DNA of 17,019 nucleotides. Origin: Myxococcota bacterium (GTDB taxonomy: Bacteria; Myxococcota_A; UBA796; CAJQPC01). Position numbers and translations under genes: made by a program. The stretch spans positions 1 to 17,019 of the forward strand of contig JAZAMN010000060.1 of NCBI GenBank assembly GCA_036229005.1. Direction: 5' to 3'. A model generated the notes under the pieces. It made no database searches, had not been told where the DNA came from, and was given only the letters and a program-made list of their open reading frames with translations. Of this stretch, positions 6,436 to 14,297 are shown in pieces (the first letter of the stretch is position 1; each line of letters starts with the position of its first letter).

Positions 6436-7830
6436 TCAGATCAAGCGCTTGAGCACAAAGTCGATGAAGCCCCCGTATGGAGGCTTGAAGAGCCCGTTCA
6501 TTGCGAATCGGGACTGATAGAACACGCTCTTTTCGTGGGAGAAGGTCAGAAAACCGGCCTCCCCGTGGTACGCGCCCATGCCGCTGGGGCCCACGCCGCC
6601 AAAGGGCAGCTCGTCGTTGGCCAGGTGCAGGACCACGTCGTTGACGCAGGCCCCGCCGCTGACGGTGCGCTCCAGCACGTCCTGGGCGCGCCCGCCGTTG
6701 TGGTCGAAGTAGTAGAGCGCCAGGGGCCGGGGGCGGTCGTTGATGCGCGCGATGGCCTCGTCCAGGGTGGCGTAGGTCTCGATGGGCAGGATGGGCCCGA
6801 AGATCTCCTCCTGCATCACCAGCATCTCGTCCGTGGGGTTCAGGACGATCGTGGGCGGGAAGCGGCGGCCCTCGCCGGGCTCGTGGCGCTGCAGGATGGT
6901 CGCGCCCTTGGCCTTGGCGTCGTCCACCAGGGCCTGCTGCCGGGCAAAGTGCCGGTCGGCGATGATCGCCGTGTAGTCGGCGCCCAGGGTGGGGTACATG
7001 GCCTGCGCCTGGTCCAGCATGGCGTCCGCCCAGGCCTGCTCTTGGCCCTGGGGGACCAGCAGGTAGTCGGGGGCCACGCAGGTCTGCCCGGCGTTGAGCC
7101 ACTTGCCCGTCGCGATGCGCCCGGCGCCCTTGCCGATGGGGAAGCTCTCGTGCACCAGGCAGGGCGACTTGCCCCCCAGCTCCAGCGTGCAGGGGACCAG
7201 GTTCTTGGCCGCGGCCTGCATGACCTTGGTGCCCACTGGCGTGCTGCCCGTGAAGAAGAGGTGGTCCAGGGGGAGGGAGGAGAAGGCGGCGCCCACCTCG
7301 GCACCTCCTTGCACCACCGCGACCTGGTCCTCCTTGAAACAGGCCGTGCACATCTCGTCCAACAGCGAGGTCAGGCTGGGCGTGTACTCACTGGGCTTGA
7401 GCAGCACCCGGTTGCCCGCGGCGATGGCCTGCACCAGGGGCAGCACGGCCAACTGGAAGGGGTAGTTCCACGGGGCCATCACGCCGACCACGCCCAGAGG
7501 CTGTCGCTGCACCGCAGCCTGGGCCGGCTCCAGCAGGAAGAAGACCTCCTTGCGCTGGGGCGACATCCACTCGCGCAGGTGCTTGCGGGTGTGGCGGATG
7601 CCCTGGACCACGATCATCAACTCCGCCAGGCGGGTCTCGTGGTGGGAGCGGCCGCCAAAGTCCGCGTCGATGGCCTGGGTGATGCGCTCGCTGTTGTCCT
7701 GGATCCAGCGCAGCAGCGCCTTGAGGTCCGCGTCACGGGCGCGCTCGTCGGGCACGGGCTGCGTGCGCCAGGCCTCCTTGAGGCGCTCAAAGGGGGCCTG
7801 GGCGGCCTGGACTGGGGGCATCTCCGTCAT
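6436..7830 (-). CDS. NAD(P)-dependent aldehyde dehydrogenase, coniferyl-aldehyde dehydrogenase (CalB)/ALDH3-like
   Basis: PWNYP, LKPSE, FTGS, LELGGKSP (catalytic Glu), NAGQTCVAPDY (catalytic Cys), EEIFGP, LPFGGVGPSGMGAYHG. Start reassigned to ATG 7830 (GGAG 6 nt upstream), giving 464 aa. Confidence 0.93.
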   Translation of the reverse strand: MTEMPPVQAAQAPFERLKEAWRTQPVPDERARDADLKALLRWIQDNSERITQAIDADFGGRSHHETRLAELMIVVQGIRHTRKHLREWMSPQRKEVFFLLEPAQAAVQRQPLGVVGVMAPWNYPFQLAVLPLVQAIAAGNRVLLKPSEYTPSLTSLLDEMCTACFKEDQVAVVQGGAEVGAAFSSLPLDHLFFTGSTPVGTKVMQAAAKNLVPCTLELGGKSPCLVHESFPIGKGAGRIATGKWLNAGQTCVAPDYLLVPQGQEQAWADAMLDQAQAMYPTLGADYTAIIADRHFARQQALVDDAKAKGATILQRHEPGEGRRFPPTIVLNPTDEMLVMQEEIFGPILPIETYATLDEAIARINDRPRPLALYYFDHNGGRAQDVLERTVSGGACVNDVVLHLANDELPFGGVGPSGMGAYHGEAGFLTFSHEKSVFYQSRFAMNGLFKPPYGGFIDFVLKRLI

Positions 7831-7887
7831 GGCGGGCTCCTGTGACGCTCCGATATCCTCCCACGACCGCTCTGGAGGAGAGAGAGC

Positions 7888-8502
7888 ATGTGGTGGCTTC
7901 TCACTGCCTTGTGCAACGCCCAGGTCCCGGCCCCCCCGGACACCCCGGCACCCCCGCCCGCAGACGAGGACACCCTGCCCCGCTTTGGTCAGCAGCTCCC
8001 TGGCGCCGATCGGCCCCACCGGGTGGAGCTGAGCTTTGGCTCCAGCCTGCTCTTCGTCGAGCAGGCCATGCTCTCGGGGCAGGTGCTGGACCCCGAGATC
8101 GTTCAGCGCGTGGTCCCGGTCCCCAGCCTGCTGATGCTGGGGGAGTGGATCTGGACGCCGCGGTGGTCCACGGGGCTGATGCTCAATGTACCCACCGGGA
8201 CCATCACGCAGATTGACGACGAGGGGCAGATCAGCGAGCGCCACTCGGCCGCTGCGGTGGCCCTGGGGCCGGGCTTCGCGCCCATCAACCAGCGGGTGCT
8301 CTACGACGCCACCCTGCGCTGGCAGAGCTCGGCGATGCTGGGCCGCACGATCAACCACCAGGGCGGCAACCGCAGCTTCCCGCTGGTGACCACGCGCCTG
8401 ATGGTGCTGACCCCGGCTGGGACCAGCATGTACGCGGGGGTGGCCTACGCCTTCCAGGAGGAGACGTTGGCGCTGATCTACGGGGTGGGCACGCGCTTCT
8501 GA
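7888..8502 (+). CDS. Hypothetical exported protein, possible small outer-membrane beta-barrel
   Basis: GGAGG SD; short hydrophobic N-terminus; Pro-rich linker; amphipathic strands; C-terminus ALIYGVGTRF resembles a BAM beta-signal. Confidence 0.7.
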   Translation: MWWLLTALCNAQVPAPPDTPAPPPADEDTLPRFGQQLPGADRPHRVELSFGSSLLFVEQAMLSGQVLDPEIVQRVVPVPSLLMLGEWIWTPRWSTGLMLNVPTGTITQIDDEGQISERHSAAAVALGPGFAPINQRVLYDATLRWQSSAMLGRTINHQGGNRSFPLVTTRLMVLTPAGTSMYAGVAYAFQEETLALIYGVGTRF

Positions 8503-11500
8503 GCGGGGCCGGCGGACATCGGGGGCGCCGCCTCGAGATCGAGCAGGGCCTGCCGCCGCTCGGGCCAGTTGGCGCTGAGCTCCAGCCCGACGGGCAGCAT
8601 CTGGGCCAACTCGCGCTGGGGGATGGGGGACACGCCCGCGCGGGCCATGTGCAGGTTGAAGGCCTCGGGGGCCTCGCTGTTGGCCTCCAGGATGGCCAGG
8701 CCCAGGTGGGCGATGCTGCAGTGGTGGCTGGGCACCAGGTCCAGGGCGCGCTCCAGGTGCAGGTGGGCCTGGGTGTGCTCGCCCTTGAGCAGGGCCACGA
8801 TCCCCAGCCGCGCGAAGGCCTGGGCGGTGAAGGGCAGGCTGCCCAGGCGCTCGAAGCTGGCCAGGGCCCGCTGGTAGAGCGCGCGGGCCTCGTCCGGGCG
8901 GCGCTGGCTGTGGCGGAGCAGGTCGCCCTCCAGCAGCTCCACCTGGGCCAGGATGTAGGGCTGGGCCAGCACGCGGGCCCGCAGCCGGGCCTCACCCAGG
9001 GCCCGGGAGCAGAGGGTGGGGTGGTCCAGCTCCAGGGCGATGGAGGCCAGCCCCAGCCAGGCGTCGGAGGCCCAGCGGGCGCGGCCGCCGAGGCTGAGCG
9101 CGTCCTCCAGGTGGCTGCCGGCGCGGCGGAGCTGCCCGGCGTCGCGGCGGGCCATGCCCAGGCGGTAGAGCGCCAGGGAGTGCAGGCTGCGGGTGTGCAG
9201 GCTGCGGGCCAGGCGCGCGGCGGTCTCGGCGGAGGCCACGGCGTCGTGGGGGGCGCCGTTGCTGCGGTGGATCTCCACCTGGGCCAGGTGGGCCTGGACC
9301 TGTAGGCTGGCGTGCCCGCTGTCGGTGGCGGCGAGCAGGGTGCGGCGCACCAGGTGGGCCGCGGTGTCCAGTTGGCCCAGGTGGCGCTGGGCGGCGCTCA
9401 AGGTGAGCCAGCCCTCGACCCGGCGGGGGTCGCGCGGGCCCGCGTCTAGCCGATCCAGGCACTCCTCGCGATGCTGGAGCAGGCGCACGGCCCGGGCCCA
9501 CTCGCTGGCGTCCATGCAGGCCTGCGCGGCAGTGAGCAGCAGCGGCAGGGCCTCCTCGAGCTGTCCGGCAGCGGCCAGGTGCTGCGCGCGGCGGGCGTCG
9601 TCGTGGGGGAGGGCGGCGGCGCAGGCGCGGTGCAGGGCCTTGAGGGTGTTGCTCTCTTCGGCCCCGCGCAGGATGGAGCTGCGCAGCATGGAGTGGGCGA
9701 AGGCCCATCCCTGGGGCTCCGGGCGGGCCAGGCGGGCGCGCTGCAGCGCGTCGACCAGGGCGTCGGGGGCCTCCCGGCCCAGGGCTGCGCAGGCCGCCTT
9801 CCAGGTGCGATCGCTGACTTCAAGGCCCAGCAGCGCGGCCAGGCGCAGGGGCTCGGCCCAGGAGGGATCCTGGCGCAGCAGGCTCGCGGTCCGCTCCTGC
9901 CAGATCTCGTGCAGGGAGTCCGGGAGCAGCAGGCGCGCGCTGGAGCGGAGCTGCAGCCCGCTGGGGCTGGGGCGCAGGGCGCCCTGGTCCATCCAGTGGT
10001 CCACGAGCTGCACCGAGAACAGCGGGTTGCCCTGGGTGGTCTCGGCGACCAGCTCCGCGGCCGCCGGCGACAGGTCCAGGCTCTCGGTCAGCAGCTTGTG
10101 GTGCGCCGCTGGGCTCAGGCGCCCGATGTGGAGCACCTGGGCGTTGGCCTGAAGCTCCAGGTGGTCCAGCAGCTCCGGGTTGCGCAGGCCCTCCTCCTGG
10201 ATGGTCATCAGCAGCAGGATGGGCGTGTGCTCCTGGGAGCGCGCCAGGCGCAGCGCGAAGCGCAGGAACTCCGGAGAGCGGTGGGCGTCGTCCAGCCAGA
10301 CCACCAGCGGGCGCTCCCGGGCCACGCGGGCCAGGTAGCGCTGGGTCAGCGCCTGGCGCCGCTCGCGGGGCGTGCGGGTGGGCTGCTTGAGGAACTCCAG
10401 CAGCTCCGCGTGCTCCTGGGGATCGACGTCTCCCAGGCGGGAGAGGGTGTCTTCCAGCCGCTCTTCGAGCTGCTCGTCGGCGATGCAGCGGGCGTGCCGC
10501 TTGAGCAGGGTCTCCAGGCCGCCGGACTCGGCGGAGGCGGTGAGCCCAGCCGCCAGACCGCGCTCCTGAGCCTGCTCGAAGACCCAGCGGGCCAGGCGGG
10601 TCTTGCCCACACCCGATGGCCCCCGCAGCACCAACACCCGGGGGGCGTGCAGGCCCTTCATGGTGTCGATGGCCAGCGCGCGGGTGCGCTCCCGGCCCAC
10701 CAGGCGGGGCTGACGCAAGCGCTCCAGGCCCGGCACGGGGTCGCGCCCGCTCCCGATGCTGTAGTCGCTGCTGTCCATGGCGGTCGGGAGGGCCGGCGCG
10801 ATGCCCACCGGGCGCCGGGGCTGGACGGGGCCCGCGGGGAACGCGGCCAGAGCGGCGCGGGCCTCCGCGGCGACCGTGAAGCGCTCGTAGGGGTCCTTCT
10901 CCAGGAGCTTGCGGAGCCAGTCCTCGACGCCCGAGGGTACGGGGATCCGGGGCTGGAAGGCGGGCAGCGGGGCGGTCAGGTGTGCTTGCCGCACCGCGTC
11001 GGCGCGCCCCTCGAAGGGCCGGGCGTCGGTCAGCAGGCGCCAGCCCACCACGCCCAGGGTGTAGAGGTCCGTCCAGGGCCCCTGATCCACCCAGCGCTTG
11101 GCGTGCTGCTCCGGGGCCATCCAGGCGGCGGTCCCACCGCCCAGGGGGGCGCGCTCGTTGCCGCCCAGGTGCAGCTCCTGCAGGTAGGCCAGGCCAAAAT
11201 CGGTGAGCTTGACCCGTCCCTGCGGGTCGAAGAGCACGTTCTCCGGCTTGAGGTCGCGGTGGATGACGCCGCGCGCGTGGGCGTGCGCGAGGGCCTCCAA
11301 CAAATCCAGCATCCACGCGCGCGCCTGCGGCCAGCTCGGGTCCAGGGTCTGCTGCATGGTGCCGCCGCCCACGAACTCCATGGCCAGCCAGGGGGTGCCG
11401 GCCTGCAGGCGGTTGTCCTGGGCCTCGCTGGCCTGGACGTGCCCGTGATCCAGCAGGCGCACGATGCGGGGGTGGTCCAGGGTCGCGATCGCACGGATCT

Positions 11501-11663
11501 CCGTGCGCAGCCCCCGCAACATGGTCGAGCTGCTCGTCCCCGTGTGCAGCACCTTGATCGCCGCGATGCGCCCGTGGGGACGGTGGCGCGCCATCCAGAC
11601 CTCGCCCATGCCTCCGCGGCGGACGGGCCGGATCAGGGTGAAGGCGCCAAGGTGGACGGACAT
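8478..11663 (-). CDS. Hanks-type Ser/Thr kinase fused to a STAND-type (AAA_16-like) P-loop ATPase and TPR-like repeats
   Basis: RGGMGEVW, AAIKVL, HRDLKPENV, DFG, MAPE, DLYTLG; Walker A GPSGVGKT; Walker B VVWLDDAH; GNPLF; FAHSMLR; Ala/Leu-rich helical C-terminus. Start reassigned to ATG 11663. Confidence 0.9.
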   Translation of the reverse strand: MSVHLGAFTLIRPVRRGGMGEVWMARHRPHGRIAAIKVLHTGTSSSTMLRGLRTEIRAIATLDHPRIVRLLDHGHVQASEAQDNRLQAGTPWLAMEFVGGGTMQQTLDPSWPQARAWMLDLLEALAHAHARGVIHRDLKPENVLFDPQGRVKLTDFGLAYLQELHLGGNERAPLGGGTAAWMAPEQHAKRWVDQGPWTDLYTLGVVGWRLLTDARPFEGRADAVRQAHLTAPLPAFQPRIPVPSGVEDWLRKLLEKDPYERFTVAAEARAALAAFPAGPVQPRRPVGIAPALPTAMDSSDYSIGSGRDPVPGLERLRQPRLVGRERTRALAIDTMKGLHAPRVLVLRGPSGVGKTRLARWVFEQAQERGLAAGLTASAESGGLETLLKRHARCIADEQLEERLEDTLSRLGDVDPQEHAELLEFLKQPTRTPRERRQALTQRYLARVARERPLVVWLDDAHRSPEFLRFALRLARSQEHTPILLLMTIQEEGLRNPELLDHLELQANAQVLHIGRLSPAAHHKLLTESLDLSPAAAELVAETTQGNPLFSVQLVDHWMDQGALRPSPSGLQLRSSARLLLPDSLHEIWQERTASLLRQDPSWAEPLRLAALLGLEVSDRTWKAACAALGREAPDALVDALQRARLARPEPQGWAFAHSMLRSSILRGAEESNTLKALHRACAAALPHDDARRAQHLAAAGQLEEALPLLLTAAQACMDASEWARAVRLLQHREECLDRLDAGPRDPRRVEGWLTLSAAQRHLGQLDTAAHLVRRTLLAATDSGHASLQVQAHLAQVEIHRSNGAPHDAVASAETAARLARSLHTRSLHSLALYRLGMARRDAGQLRRAGSHLEDALSLGGRARWASDAWLGLASIALELDHPTLCSRALGEARLRARVLAQPYILAQVELLEGDLLRHSQRRPDEARALYQRALASFERLGSLPFTAQAFARLGIVALLKGEHTQAHLHLERALDLVPSHHCSIAHLGLAILEANSEAPEAFNLHMARAGVSPIPQRELAQMLPVGLELSANWPERRQALLDLEAAPPMSAGPAQKRVPTP

Positions 11664-11720
11664 GGCGGCATCATAGATCCGCGGGCTGCCTCGCAAGCAG
11701 AAAACCGGTAGGCTTGCGGC
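11664..11720. promoter_or_regulatory. Putative bidirectional promoter for two leaderless transcripts
   Basis: TATGAT (minus strand, 11675-11670) and TAGGCT (plus strand, 11709-11714) each lie exactly 6 nt before an ATG. Neither gene has an SD. Confidence 0.6.
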
Positions 11721-14297
11721 ATGGCGATGAAGGACGAGGCCTGGATCCTGGAGCTGGCGGAGCGCCACCAGCTCGACCCCAAGCTCGTGTTGGAGCTGCG
11801 CTCCGCGGTGCAGGCTGCGCGGGTGACCAACGCCACCGTCAACCTCTCCGAGCCCACCGTCGACCTGAGCGAAGAGGACGGTTCCCTACGTTCTCAGCCC
11901 ACTCTGCGCATCGGCCGCTATGAGCAGCTCGGGCTGATCGGAGAGGGGGGGATGGGCGAGGTCTTCCAGGTCCGGGACCCGGAGCTCTCTCGCGTGATGG
12001 CCCTCAAGGCCCTGCGCCAGCACCTGGCGTCCAAGGCCGGACAGGCCGCCAGATTTCGTGAGGAGGCGCAGATCACCGCGCAGCTCCGGCACCCGGGCGT
12101 GGTGGCGGTGCACGAGTTCGGCCTGCTGGAGGACGGGCGGATCTACTTCACGATGGAGGAGGTCCAGGGCCGCACGCTGGCCGACATCCTCAAGGAGCTG
12201 CACGGGGCATCCGACAGCCGCGCCTGGGGCACCACCCAGGACGGGTGGACCCTGCGCAAGGTGATCGAGGCCTTCCGCCGCGCCTGCGAGACCCTGGCCT
12301 ACGCCCACGCCCGCGGCGTCGTGCACCGGGACCTCAAGCCCAGCAACCTGATGCTGGGCGACTACGGCGAGGTGCTGGTCCTGGACTGGGGGCTCGCCAA
12401 GGTCACCGGGCGCTCGGACGCTGCGCTGGACCCCTCGGAAGAGGTCATCTCCGAGCGCTCCCAGGACCACAGCCTGCGCACCCGCGTCGGCAAGGTGTTC
12501 GGCACCCCCGCCTACATGCCGCCCGAGCAGGCGCGGGGCGAGTGGGACCGCGTGGGCTCCACCACGGACGTCTACGCCCTGGGCGCCGTGCTCTACAAGG
12601 TCCTCTGCGGGCGCTCCCCCTACCGCGCGCGCTCGGCGCACTCGGTGCTGGATCAGGTGCGCCAGGGGCCGCCCAGACCCCTGACCCAGCACCGCCGCTG
12701 CCCGCCGCTGCCCAAGGGCCTGGTCCAGATCTGCGAGCGCGCCATGGCCCGCGAGCCCCGGGATCGCTACCCGGACGGAAAGGCCCTGGCCAAGGCGCTG
12801 GAGGCCTGGCTGGACGGCTCGATGAAGCGCCAGCAGGCGCTGGTCCGGGTCGCCGAGGCCCAGGGGCTGCTCCCCCGCTCGCGCGCGCTCCGTGAGGAGG
12901 CCCAGCAGGCCCGCGAGGCCGCGCTCCAGGCGCTGGAGGGTGTACGCGGCCACGACCCGGTCACCCGAAAGCACGCCGCCTGGGCGCTGCAGGACCGCGC
13001 CGAGGAGGCCGAGGCCCAGGCCGCCCTGCTCCAGCTCGACGCCCGCCGGGCGCTCCACGACGCCCTGAACCTGGACCCCCAGCTTCCCGAGGCCCACGAG
13101 GCCCTCGCCCGCATCTACAAGGCCAGCCAGCTCCAGGCCGAGCGCGAGCGAGACCCCCTCCGGGCCAGCCAGTGGGAGCGCCTGCTGCGCGACCACGACC
13201 GCGGTGAGCACGCCGACTTCCTGCGGGGCCGCGGCCACCTCACCCTCCACTCCGAGCCCTCCGGCGCCGAGGCGGTGCTCTACCGCTATGTGGAGCAGGG
13301 CCGCCGCCTCCGCCCCGAGCGGGTGCGCTCCCTGGGACAGACCCCCCTGGAGCGCCTCGAACTGCCCATGGGGGACTACCTGGTCGTCCTCCACAAGGAA
13401 GGACACGAGAGCGTCCGCTACCCCGTGAGCATCGAGCGTGAGGGCCACTGGGACGGCCGCCGCCCGGGCTGGGACGTCCCCACCCCCATCCGCCTGCCCC
13501 AGAAGGGCGAGCTGGGCCGCGACGAGTGCCTGGTCTCCGCGGGCTGGTTCACCTCGGGCGGCGACCCCCTGGCGCCCAGCGCGCTCCCCCGCAGCGAGGT
13601 CTGGGTCGAGCCCTTCATCATCGCCAAGCACCCCGTCACCAACGGCCAGTTCTGCGAGTTCATGAACGCCCTGGCCGAGGCCGGTCAGGAGCAGCGCGCC
13701 CAGGAGCTGCTGCCCCGCTTCGAGGGCTTCCCGCTGCTGGTCAAGGGCCCCGACGGGTTCGTCTGTCGCAGCGACATGGAGGCCCTGATCGTGCGGCCGG
13801 ACTACCCGGTGGTCCTGCTGGACTGGCACGCCGCCCAGGCCTACGCCGAGTGGTGGGCCGAGCGCACCGGCCTGCCCTGGCGCCTGCCCTTCGAGCTGGA
13901 GTGGGAGAAGGCCGCTCGCGGCGTCGACGGTCGCCCCTTCCCCTTTGGCCGGCACCTGGACCCCACCTGGTGCAACATGCGCGAGAGCCTGCCCCAGCGC
14001 CCCATGCTGCTGGAGTGCGGGCGCTTCCCTGCCGACGAGAGCCCCTACGGCGTCCAGGGCATGGCCGGAAACTCCATGGACTGGTGCGCCGACCGCTTCC
14101 GCGAGATCGGTCCCCGCGTGCTGGACGGCGTCGCCCTGGTCGAGCCCCAGCCCGGCACCGGCCCCCGGGCGCTGCGCGGAGGCCACTTCTACGGGGTCGG
14201 GGAGATCACCCGGGCCGCCCACCGCTACCGCCTGGACCCCAGCTACCGGGGCATCATGATCAGCCTGAGGTTGGCGCGTCCGTGGCCACAGCCTTGA
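11721..14297 (+). CDS. Ser/Thr kinase fused to a helical region, PEGA-like segment and FGE-sulfatase (SUMF1-type) domain
   Basis: GEGGMGEV, MALKAL, HRDLKPSN, DWG, GTPAYMPPE, DVYALG; LTLHSEPSGAEA...GDYLVVLHKEGH (PEGA-like); PVTNGQF, RLPFELEWEKAARG, SPYGVQGMAGN, ALRGG. Confidence 0.92.
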   Translation: MAMKDEAWILELAERHQLDPKLVLELRSAVQAARVTNATVNLSEPTVDLSEEDGSLRSQPTLRIGRYEQLGLIGEGGMGEVFQVRDPELSRVMALKALRQHLASKAGQAARFREEAQITAQLRHPGVVAVHEFGLLEDGRIYFTMEEVQGRTLADILKELHGASDSRAWGTTQDGWTLRKVIEAFRRACETLAYAHARGVVHRDLKPSNLMLGDYGEVLVLDWGLAKVTGRSDAALDPSEEVISERSQDHSLRTRVGKVFGTPAYMPPEQARGEWDRVGSTTDVYALGAVLYKVLCGRSPYRARSAHSVLDQVRQGPPRPLTQHRRCPPLPKGLVQICERAMAREPRDRYPDGKALAKALEAWLDGSMKRQQALVRVAEAQGLLPRSRALREEAQQAREAALQALEGVRGHDPVTRKHAAWALQDRAEEAEAQAALLQLDARRALHDALNLDPQLPEAHEALARIYKASQLQAERERDPLRASQWERLLRDHDRGEHADFLRGRGHLTLHSEPSGAEAVLYRYVEQGRRLRPERVRSLGQTPLERLELPMGDYLVVLHKEGHESVRYPVSIEREGHWDGRRPGWDVPTPIRLPQKGELGRDECLVSAGWFTSGGDPLAPSALPRSEVWVEPFIIAKHPVTNGQFCEFMNALAEAGQEQRAQELLPRFEGFPLLVKGPDGFVCRSDMEALIVRPDYPVVLLDWHAAQAYAEWWAERTGLPWRLPFELEWEKAARGVDGRPFPFGRHLDPTWCNMRESLPQRPMLLECGRFPADESPYGVQGMAGNSMDWCADRFREIGPRVLDGVALVEPQPGTGPRALRGGHFYGVGEITRAAHRYRLDPSYRGIMISLRLARPWPQP

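Noticed and set aside
7831..8358. 176-aa N-terminal extension of the ALDH in the ORF track
   Set aside because: It overlaps the divergent 7888 gene. An SD-backed ATG at 7830 gives a normal-length ALDH.
11664..11768. Extended start of the STAND kinase at 11768
   Set aside because: It would overlap the divergent kinase. The kinase domain starts right after ATG 11663, which has a -10 box in leaderless position.
12380..12395. DWG in place of DFG as a sign of a pseudokinase
   Set aside because: The Mg-binding Asp, catalytic HRD and the beta-3 Lys are intact. DWG is a common variant in this bacterial kinase group.
14170..14297. Diversity-generating retroelement variable region in the FGE domain C-terminus
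   Set aside because: FGE-type folds can be DGR targets, but I see no template repeat or reverse transcriptase in the window. A remote template cannot be excluded.
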